Assembly (NCBI GenBank): GCA_010405405.1 | Contig: MU004231.1 | Coordinates: 1,867,784-1,931,783, forward strand | Length of the DNA: 64,000 nucleotides | Source of the DNA: Microthyrium microscopicum | Lineage: Eukaryota | Direction of reading: 5' to 3' | In this document: positions 54,540 to 64,000 of the stretch, piece by piece | Numbering within the stretch: position 1 is the stretch's first letter | How the letters are laid out: each line of letters begins with the position of its first letter | Translations under genes and position numbers: made by a program | The notes under the pieces: model-generated | Databases searched by the model: none | What the model was told of the DNA's origin: nothing | What the model saw: the letters and a program-made list of their open reading frames with translations, nothing else

Positions 54540-55128
54540 TGTAAAGGAACGGCCAGCACTGAAAACGAGAGAAAATAGTGTCAACGGGAATGATCAACAG
54601 CAGAGGAGTACTCTGCACGTTAGTAACTCCTGGATTTGTCTCTTCTGTAGATACAACCTCTCAAGATCTTGTCATTGGCCTGGCGCATTGATAGCTGTTG
54701 GTTTCATGGCCTCATGCCAAGTTGCCAAGTTGATGCGGGCGTGTTGAGGAGGCACAGTACATGAGCATCACCAACATGGGAATTATCTCGTTAAGTGATC
54801 GCCTGAGTCAGCGCCCTGCTGATAGTATTCAATGCAAATGTAAAGGGATCCATGTTGTTGGAAGAGGATGGCATGAAGTTGGGGCTACACTTCTGACGCC
54901 GGTACGAGGTCTTGGCATTCACTGTGATAGACTCACCAACACCAATCCTCAATAGCTCTACCACTTCCCAGCAACCTTTGTTGAATCCAAACTTCCAGAT
55001 TTCCAAGCAAATCCAGCCTTTGTAGCATCCCCAAAGCCAACAGCACCTTTCCAATCCACCAATCCACTCCAACCACTCCAACCAACTCATTATCAACCCG
55101 CCACCACAACACCAAACCACTAGCCAAA

Positions 55129-56333
55129 ATGAAGACCAACACCTACCTCTCCGCCTGCATCACCGAGGCCCAGTCATCGCCCCTCCGCTCCCGCCACGGC
55201 GCCATCCTCGTGCGCGGCGGCAAAGTCCTCTCGCGCGGGCACAATGGCCCCCTGGCGCGCTTCGGCGACGACGATTCCGGCCCACTGAGCTGCCACGCCG
55301 AAATGGCTGCCATATACCACGCGCTGGCGCCAAACGAGCGCGGGGGGTTAGGCAAGAAGAAGATGCGTGAGGAGATTAGTCCTACGCTGCTTCAGGAGTA
55401 TGTGCAGAGTAGATGTGATGCTGCCACCTTGAAAGAGAACAATGAGCAGCGCCGCGCGGGCGCACAGGTCGCTGAGTGGGAGATCAAACCGCGCATGTGC
55501 GTCGGCGAATGGGTTGAAGAAGAAGGGGAAATGGAAGAAGGTGGCGAAGAAGAAGGATCATGGGGGTCATCATCATCACAACGGCAATCACAAGAAGTAC
55601 AAAGGGTACGGCAAATACGGTCAGTACGAGTATGTACAACAAAAACAACAACACCGGATGCAGCAACAACAGCAGCAGCAGCAGCATGTTAAGTCGAGTC
55701 ATGATTCGAGTATATCTTCCACCAGCGAGTCTAGCAACTGCAGCATCGACTGTTCTATCGACGAGGACGACCACACTTTTAATCCGGCCGTATCAAAGGT
55801 GAGCCTCAGAATATTTTCCAGGAAACTCAGCTAACTCTATCGTCAAGCCAACGCGAGTATCTGTTCCATACAGTACCGCGGTACCTAGACGAGCCCGCTC
55901 AGGTCTCGAGGGTGCAGACCTATACGTTTGTCGAATAGGCAATGGCCCCAGAGATGGTTTATCACCATTCCCAGATTCCGACACGTCGTCACCGGATACT
56001 TCGCCATTGCCGTCACCGAGCCCATCAACAGGTTCATTACATGATGAGCTTTCTCCGGATTGGAAATTAGAGGTACTTGATAACTGCCCAGCCACGGAGA
56101 GCCCCCCCTACCCCATCCTAGCCTCGCGTCCATGCTACCACTGCATTTCTCTCATGGTCAGCGTCGGCATCAAGCGCGTTTTTTGGACAAGCTCAACAGG
56201 CGCATGGGAAGGCGGCAAGGTACGAGACATTCTCGACGCGATTCAGCGAGGAGATGAGGCGGATAAGGGCGTATTGTTCATGACAAGATTTGAAATCTTG
56301 AAGCGGCGAGAGAAGCTACTTAGACAGCAGTAG
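55129..56333 (+). CDS. Cytidine/dCMP deaminase-fold zinc protein, halves in different reading frames
   Basis: N-half RHGAILVRGGKVLSRGHN..CHAEMAAI; C-half GADLYVCRIG..SRPCYHCISLMVSVGIKRVFWT. Clear intron 55799-55847; the link between frame 1 and frame 2 is unresolved. Confidence 0.8.
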
Positions 56334-56546
56334 TTAGTTCCACCTGCAAGATATCAATGGTGACAGAAAATAGTTCTATTATTTGCATGTCAGAAAAACA
56401 GCACCCGCAGCTAAAAAGTAATACATCTCGCTGGTCAAGAGTTGGCACCCATGAAATTTTGCCCCGTTCGCCGTGCAATAAAGCGACTTTCCAATACAAG
56501 GCCGCAATCCCTATTATTCGCAGACCTATTCCAGACCATGGTAGCT

Positions 56547-57856
56547 TTACACTCGCAATAGCTTAGCAGCATATTGCACGATTGTAGACTCTTGTGGGAA
56601 ACTCATATTCTCGAGGTTGATGGCGTATGGAGTAGGGACTTCAGCACCAGTCACACGAGCAGGTGGTGCATCTAAGTAGTCAAATGCATATTCGCAAGCC
56701 AACGCCATGATCTCTGCGCCTACACCGAAAGCTGGGAAACCGGACTCGACGACTAGTAGGTGACCTGTCTTCTTGATCGATTTGACGATGGCTTCGATAT
56801 CCATGGGCTTGATGGAGCGTAGGTTGAGGACTTCGACTTCGACACCGTATTGCTTCTTGAGTTGTTCAGCAGCGGTGAGGGATTGGCCGACGCAGCGGGA
56901 GAGGGTGACGATGGTAAGGTCTTTGCCTTGACGTTCGATCTTGGCTTTGCCAAACTGGTACTGGATTAGTGAAGTTATGAATGGAGAGGGAGAGTTGACG
57001 TACTGGAATGACAAAGTCGCTGCTTTGAGCCTCCTCACTCATGGGGAAGACTTGGCCGTACATGAGCTCGTTTTCAAGGACGAACACTGGATTGGGGTCG
57101 CGGATGGCAGCCTTCAAAAGACCTTTGGCGTCTTCCGCACTGTATGGGCTGACAACTTTCATACCGGGAATGCTTCCATACCAGGCCGTAAAATCTTGAG
57201 AATGTTGGGCGGCGACGCCGGAAGCGAAACCATTGGGACCGCGGAAGGTGATGTTGCAGGGTTGGATACCGCCGGACATGTAATGTGTTTTGGCACCAGA
57301 GTTGATGACTTGATCAATGGCTTGGAGAGAAAAGTTGACAGTCATGAACTAGATATTCTGTTAGCTGCTTTGTTGAATGAGATTTGTAGGTGATGTTTAC
57401 TTCGCAGATCGGATGAAGACCAGCTAGAGCAGCTCCGACGGCCAGACCAGTGAAACCAGACTCTGTAATGGGTGTATCGATGACTCGTTTCTCGCCGAAT
57501 CGATCCAAAAGACCTTTCGTTACTTTGTATCTATTCAATTGATCAGTCAGTTAGGATTCAAGCGGTGACCCCCATGTTCCGGAGTTGTGGTAAGCGGAAC
57601 CAACGTACGCTCCGTTATATTGTGCTACTTCTTCTCCTAGAACGAAGACCTTGTCATTGGCCTCCATCTCCTCAGCCATGGCCTCGTTTAAAGCATCACG
57701 GACAGTCATCTCTTTGACTCCGGAAGCACTTGCTAGGGAGCGTTTCCATATCGACGAGGACGAAGCGGAGACTCGGGAGAAGCGTGGGACTGAAGATGGG
57801 CGGATCGAGGAGGTCAAGGCTCTACTGGCGGGTCGTAGAAGGCGAATTGAAGACAT
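56547..57856 (-). CDS. PDB1: Pyruvate dehydrogenase E1 beta subunit, mitochondrial
   Basis: [45 protein letters not shown]. Introns 57608-57531, 57400-57349, 57003-56955. Confidence 0.97.
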
Positions 57857-58705
57857 GATGAAAGGTGGAAGGAGAGAGAGGAGCGGAGAGGAGAGAATTT
57901 TTGAATGGAGACTGATGCAGACGAAAGATAGGATAGCTTTTGGGAGCTTTCTGCTTTGAGCTTCGGGGATTGACGGCTTTCGTCTGTGCGCAAGTGGAGC
58001 TTGGGTCTTTTTAACTTCGTCTCTTCCCATCAGTGCCATTCCTCTCGCGTTCATGCATTTATTTACTCAATATCCTTTTGGGCTTTCGATTTTCGAAAAA
58101 CATACTGGTTACACCTATCGCAGAAGAGTTCAACCTGGGACTCCTATACCGGACCGGACTCCTGAGCTGCTAGTTCAATGGCATCTAGCATTCTATTCAG
58201 TCCTATCCCGAAAAGATCAACGATGTTTAGCTCTTTAAAAATTTTGATCAAATTATGGGATTTTCGCTCCTGCAAAGCACTTATTGCCATTTCTCCTTTC
58301 TCCCGTTGAATGTGATGGAAACCATCGTAGCTTCTGATCATAACACTCCATGGCGCCCATCGAGTCCGATGGGAAATCTCAGTATCTAATCAAATTAGAC
58401 CATTCGACCAGACCCTCCGGCGTCAAAATAAGCGGTTCGGATTCTGCTCTTATGGACTATCATATCGATTTTGGCATTTCGAATGAGAAATCCTTGATTC
58501 ACGTCGCGTTCGATAATCCGATAACCCTTTAGCGCAATTGGTGGCAAATATCGCATTCGATGGGAAATATCACCTTCAATGGGAAAGTGGCAAAATGTCA
58601 TGCACAAAATGATACGGCCGGTGGGCCACAAATTGCTGTTGGAGAGTAGCATTCACCGTTACAGTTGTGAGAAGCTTGATCATTCTTCGATTTACTACAG
58701 AATGA

Positions 58706-60615
58706 TTACGACGGCCCGCCCAGAGTAGCCATGTTCTGCGCGAATTCTCTTGACTGCACTGCATTCACACGCGAGCTTAGAGCCGGCGCCAAACTCTCCC
58801 ACTCCGTGCCTTTGACCTTGCCAACAACAGCTTTCAGCAACGCCAACCGTACCCGCCCCATCAACTCATACAAGCTGTCGAGGTGATCGTTACTTCTCGG
58901 CGGAATTTGCGGCTGAGTGAGCAATAGCGTAAGCAAAGCCTCACGACTAGCACTATTCGCCATGAGAATCTCAAATCCATCAGGTGATTCATCCCAATTT
59001 GAGTTGACGATATTTAGCAACGCGTCCATGGAAGCAATAGCCATATCCGGATCGACCATTTTGTTGCCATTTCTAGCGAGTTTGGCCAGAAAGTCGCCAT
59101 TAATCGTTATCCACTGAGAGAAGAGGAGACGGGCTCGTTTCTTCTCCTCATTGATGTTGAGTTTTGGTGCATAGTCTGGGTCTATTGAGGTTTGATCGTG
59201 TTTGTCCTCAGTTGGACCACCAAAGATTCGTCCGAGTGACCGCACGCCTTGGGCTTGTGGCATTTCCCATTTGATTGTCTTCAGAATTTCGAAGCCCTCG
59301 TCCATGAAGCATGACCGTGGCAAGCTTTTGAGCACACCCAAGTTCGCGATCAGCAATTGATCTGGGTTGTTAGTATTTGCCCAGTTGCTTGTGGTGAAGG
59401 ACTCGCGTAGACGTTTGAGGATTCTATCTCGAACCACATGCTTCTCCTCAAGAAGTTGTGGTTGAACTTCTGCCAAGGTTGAGACGTACGCTGCGCATTC
59501 GGTGTATAGAATGTTGATATCGATTTGAGGCATATTTGGATCTGCCATGTAAAAGATATCCATGGCTCTCTTGTGAAGGCCACGCTCCTTGAAGAAAACC
59601 AGAGCCGGGCTCTCAAGGCCTGTCCAAGGCTTGTCTTTCTGCGAGAGCATGATGATTGATTGGCTCATGATGCGTGTCCGTTCCAATATGATATCCTGCT
59701 CGAAGTCTGTGGCACGTATCATAGCAAAATCCAGCAATCCTTCGTCTGACTTCAGACCGTACTTAGACTCGACTTCCACTTGATGGCTTTTCATCGATTG
59801 CTTCCAATCCAGCTCGCACAGCTTGGCCATAAAGTCTAACAGTCTTGACTGCGCGATGGATCTCTCACTGCGGTCCAGTTTAACAGCCGAGCTCTTCGAA
59901 GAACAAACGTCAAAGACTGCAGCATAAACATCGCGATCGAGAAAGAATCGTTTGAATCCATCGTCTTGAGCAGTCTTTATCAGCCGAAATAGCGCGATTC
60001 CAGCTCGCACCCCGAGAGCTATATTGCTAGTCCGAAGCCAGAGATGTATTAGCGATTCCCACATTTCTCTATGGTTCGCAGCCAATCTTCGCGCAGAGGT
60101 CTCGTCGGCCTTCTCCAGAAGACTAATAGTTAGATTATTGAAGTCCGTGATAACACCAGAGCCTATTTGCAACCCAGCCGCAAAGTCGACAGGTGGTTCG
60201 ATATCTAGAATACCTTCAATGGGAACTCGTTCCACTAGCCGCTGTAGAAGCTGTATTATCTCCGTTGATGGAGGATTTAGCAGCGGAAGAACATGGTAGA
60301 TCTTGGTCGTCAAATGCAGGCAATCTTCCGGCGTGAGGGAAAAGTCGGCGATTTGGGTAAGAGCTAAAAGTTGTTAACATTGACCATATAGACTTTTGGG
60401 GGAAATTCAATAGAGGAATGAGGAATGCCTCTTCTGTGTTCATTACTAGTTCAGACAGCAGGTAGGCTGAGAACAACTATAATCAAAGACTTACCATATC
60501 GAGTTATCATGTATAGCTCCGTGTCTTGAGATGTGGAACTTGGATACTTGTACAATGCGCCTAGATGGTCGTTCAGGGTAATAAACACTTTATTTTTGGG
60601 TTCGCTGGATGCCAT
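58706..60615 (-). CDS. ARM/HEAT-like protein, probable proteasome assembly chaperone Hsm3/S5b-like
   Basis: Exon 60615-60495 plus intron 60494-60364 joins the 535-aa ORF. All-helical; motifs LWL, DRDVY, AQSRLLDF. The family call is from memory. Confidence 0.6.
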
Positions 60616-61004
60616 TTTACAAAGCGCAACTCCAATCCCTTCTGATAGAGTAGCTCAACCAAAATAGCGTTTGTCCAGAGTCGGCGCACAACCACGGCAA
60701 GGCTTTGAGTTCAGCTAATAGGTTCGATGGTAAGAGCGGAAAATCCTCAGCCAGAAGAGTCTGTATTGTTGATGAAAAGTTGTCTTGAACAGTAAGAAAT
60801 GAGCGGGAGAGTTGAGGGGTTGAGTACCATTATTAGTACTGCGTTAGGCAAGAGCGGCCACGAGGCTCGGGGAGTCACCCACGCAATTCTCAACCATCAA
60901 ACCTCCATCACCAAAAAAATCCTCAACCACCAGTAAGAAAGTTTGAAGCTTAAGATCATCAAATATACTCTCATCAACAACAGATACATCATCAAAAGGT
61001 CAAT

Positions 61005-61780
61005 ATGCCACCCCGCCGAGGCCGCGGCGGTCGCCCATTCTTCCAGGGTCGCGGCGCTGCACCAGGCGGCGAAAAACCTGCCATGTACAAACCGCGAGAA
61101 CTCTACCCCGTAAGAACTTTTACCAGCCGAACACAAAAACAGGTACTAAATCGTTGAATCAGCCCATAGAAGTGCCAAAAATAGTCCCATTACGAAAAGC
61201 CGAAATCGCAGGCGTCAAAAGCTTCCGCCAATACCGCAAGCGCATTCACGATGGTCCACTCTACACGATCCTGGATCCAAAAGCACGCATTTCCAAACCA
61301 GGCGATCTTGCAGGCATCTGGACGCTGGAACTGGCTGGCACGAAGACGGGTGAAGTAGATCCTTTTGAGGGGTTGACGCCGACGTGGACGGGCATGTATC
61401 GCAAGGCACGACGGCCGATGCCGAAGCTGGATGAGCGGAGTTACGGTAAGTCATGAAGTGATTTAGTCATGGAAGGGGCTGATGGATGGTGATTAGTATC
61501 AAAAATGTTTCCACCAGAATTACAGGTGTATGTGGATCCCAGCGCCAAAGCAAAAGCCGCTCTAGAACCCAAGAAGAGTGCGCGTGCACTCGGTGGTTTA
61601 GATCAAGATGGGGAGGAAGATGAAGAGGCGGAGGAGATCTTTGAGGAAGAGGACGATGACTTCGAAGACGACGAGGACGACGATGATGATTATAATGCAG
61701 AACAATACTTTGACGGTGGCGACTCGGACGGAGGAGGTGATGGTGGTGGTGGTGGTGGTGGTGGAGGCGATGATTTCTAA
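61005..61780 (+). CDS. RPC31: RNA polymerase III subunit Rpc31 (C31/RPC7)
   Basis: Basic RGRGG N-terminus, P.ELYP, GPLYT, FPPEL, acidic tail DDDYNAEQYFDGGD. Introns 61110-61162 and 61446-61496. Confidence 0.88.
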
Positions 61781-61859
61781 CGCATGGCATGGAAGTGTGG
61801 TAGGGAGAGTAGGTTAACAGGTTATATTGCCTTCTACTATCTAATTATGAATTTCGCGC

Positions 61860-62954
61860 TTAGGCGTGGACTCCCCAAGCCTCTAGGACACAGATGTTGA
61901 CAAAGTTCTCGAGCTCCTCCTTGGGCAGGACTTCATCGGGCTCAGCTGGCACGGTGATGAAATCGTCGACTTCGGCGCCCCATTCCCAGCCCTCTTCGAT
62001 TGTTGCGACTGGCCAATTTGCGTTGGCATCTTGGATAGTATTCTACGCCCAATCGACCATTTCGAAGCTGGTTATGACGCTAGGAGCTGGCTCTTGTAGG
62101 AGGCTATCGATATCTGCTGGCATCCAGCTGTTAACAGCCATCTCGAGATCGTCTTCGCCAGCTTTTGTATCGTCATCCGCCGGCTGGCTGGTGTACGCTT
62201 CGATGGCTGAAGCGATCCACGCCCACTCATCTTCCTCCGCCTCTACAGCCGGCACAGAAGTCTCCTTCTCTCTGTGTATCGCAGCAAGCTCCTCAAAATC
62301 CCACGCATCCAGGACTTGTGGTATTCGCGGTAATCGACAAACAACTACACCTTCGACGTCCAGACTGTCCTCCCAGATTTCTTTGGTCTGCACGCTTTCC
62401 GTTTCTGGCTGCACAGCGTCAAATCCGGGGAGCACAGCGTCAATCCTGGAGACATATGGAACCAGAGCCCAGGCCTTGGACTCTTCGCTGCCAGCAGTTC
62501 CATTGGCAACATTGTCAGCAACGGCGGTATGGTTGACAGCAGTACCATCAATGGCCGGGGAATTGTCACGAACAGTAATAATCTCCTCCATAACTCTCTC
62601 ATAAGTATTCCGCCACTTCAGCCTATCACCTCTCGGCTTCCCATAAAGCTGCGTGACCAAGCCAGCAATCACCCTCGACAGCGAAGCATCAGCCTCTCTC
62701 ACACGTTCATCGCCAACTCCACGGCGTGGCCGGTGTTTGTGGCGGCGATGACGATGGCGTTGGGGGTGGTTGATAGCGTCCTGTTTCCGTTGATTGTGGC
62801 AGGGGCGAGGAGGCCAGGGTTTAGGTGACTGGTGAGCGTAGTTCGGGATGGAACTTCGATGACTTGAAGCCTGGGATCGTGGAGGAGAAGAGATGGTGAC
62901 GGAGGAGCGGTTAGATTGACGGAGATTAGGGAGTGGAAAGTGCGTCATTGGCAT
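61860..62954 (-). CDS. Orphan protein (basic N-terminus, acidic Trp-rich C-terminus) with one in-frame TAG at 62043-62045; possibly a pseudogene or recoded gene
   Basis: ATG 62954 to TAG 62043, then 60 more open codons of the same composition to TAA 61860-61862. Confidence 0.55.
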
Positions 62955-63363
62955 GATGGCGGATTGTTGATGGGATTTGTAGGAGTTTTGTGTATGTTGA
63001 TATAGGGATTGAGGGTGTTCTAACACGTAAAAGTAGCAATGATGAGGTTTTTGTCTAGGAAAGGCGTGTCAGAGCATAAAGGATGTTTGATTGTAGATGG
63101 ATGAAGAAGAGCATGGAGTACAGATGCTGATCTAGATCGCTGCCATGTTGGATGTCAGTAGTAAATATGGAAGGCGATATCGAAAGGCGAGGAAACTAAA
63201 GGGTACTGTTCCTGGTAGGTTAGTAGATGAAGCACTTGCTTGACCAAGAAAAGAGGAAAGTGTAAAGAATAATTGAGGTAATCTCAACTCAATTATTTCA
63301 TTGGAAGACGCGCTGAACCCTTTTTCCGCTCCGCAATGCTATTGCCGTGTACCTGGTAGGACC

Positions 63364-64000
63364 CTATTCCTCGTCCGACGATAAAAGTGAGATGTACTCT
63401 GGTTCAACCTGCATCTGCACATTTTGAACCTGAGCAATACTCGTGGCCTGAGTTACACCACCATGAGTAGTCTGCATGGGAGTCTCAGCGACATGGATAG
63501 CAGTAATATCGGCTTCATCTCCATCCTCTTCACCACTGCCATCGCTGGACTCTTCTTCGTCGGAAGATGACTCAACCTGGATTGCGTTTTGATAGCCCGC
63601 CATCCTGGCATCTTCCTGTTCTTCTTCACCATCCTGCTCATCGTGTTCTTCATCATACACCTCTTCTTCTTCGCCATACACCTCTTCTTCTTCGTCATAC
63701 ACCTCTTCTTCTTCGTCATACAACTCTTCTTCATATACCTCCTCTTCCTCATAGTAATACACCTGCTCATCCTCCTGTCCAGATCCCGGTTCTTCCTCAT
63801 AGTAATACTCCTGCTCATCCTCGTGCGCCAGCTCGTCCTCATTGACCTCTTCCGGTGCTGCTTCATAAGCAAAGTTCTGGACGACAAGTAGGGCGGCTTG
63901 AGGAGCTTGAGGAGCTTGAGGAGCTTGAGGAGCTTGAGGAGCTTGAGGAGCTTGAGGAGCTTGAGGAGCTTGAGGAGCTTGAGGGCCTTCAAAGGGGTGT
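63364..64000 (-). CDS. 3' part of a low-complexity acidic protein (PQA repeats, E/Y/D repeats, SIM-like C-terminus); truncated by window end
   Basis: The frame of ORF 63364-63762 stays open to the window end (HPFEGPQAPQAPQ...EEEVYDEEE...ISLLSSDEE). Confidence 0.65.
   Translation of the reverse strand, partial: HPFEGPQAPQAPQAPQAPQAPQAPQAPQAPQAPQAALLVVQNFAYEAAPEEVNEDELAHEDEQEYYYEEEPGSGQEDEQVYYYEEEEVYEEELYDEEEEVYDEEEEVYGEEEEVYDEEHDEQDGEEEQEDARMAGYQNAIQVESSSDEEESSDGSGEEDGDEADITAIHVAETPMQTTHGGVTQATSIAQVQNVQMQVEPEYISLLSSDEE
63896..63985. repeat. Coding microsatellite, about 10 copies of a 9-nt unit (gcttgagga), encoding PQA repeats on the minus strand
   Basis: Directly visible. Confidence 0.9.

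Noticed and set aside
58053..58650. Short same-frame plus-strand ORFs between PDB1 and the HSM3-like gene as a pseudogene
   Set aside because: Several stops between the pieces and no recognisable homology; cannot be supported by eye.
61894..62604. 236-aa plus-strand ORF
   Set aside because: Ser-rich antisense shadow of the acidic minus-strand ORF.
63453..63992. LKL-repeat ORF (179 aa)
   Set aside because: Alternative frame of the 9-nt microsatellite; the PQA/acidic frame has more coherent composition.

Overview
Gene-dense, intron-rich genomic DNA of a filamentous ascomycete (Pezizomycotina-type GT..CTRAC..AG introns, mostly about 50 nt). About 27 protein-coding genes can be reconstructed by hand. 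Most are housekeeping: ISN1, ARV1, RCM1, MIS12, a ChAP exomer subunit, RPS16, ATS1-like, RAD9, DBP2, a PPR protein, uricase, MRPL23, ERG25, CCDC174-like, PDB1, HSM3-like and RPC31. The window also holds a CON7-type C2H2 regulator inside about 11 kb of flanking non-coding DNA, an AA9 LPMO, a 7TM-like membrane protein, and a non-housekeeping block at 47.4-56.3 kb. No tRNA, rRNA, intact transposon or CRISPR array was seen. The most notable observations are: (1) a cytidine-deaminase-fold gene whose HAE and PCxxC halves lie in different frames across a 260-nt stretch open in both frames; (2) the large DBP2 intron folds into a long nested rod-like RNA structure ending just before its branch point; (3) a DEDDh (QIP/Gfd2-like) exonuclease fused to SPKR repeats and zinc knuckles; (4) an orphan ORF interrupted by a single in-frame TAG; (5) the ERG25 start codon is split by an intron. 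All gene models and family calls were read by eye without database searches.
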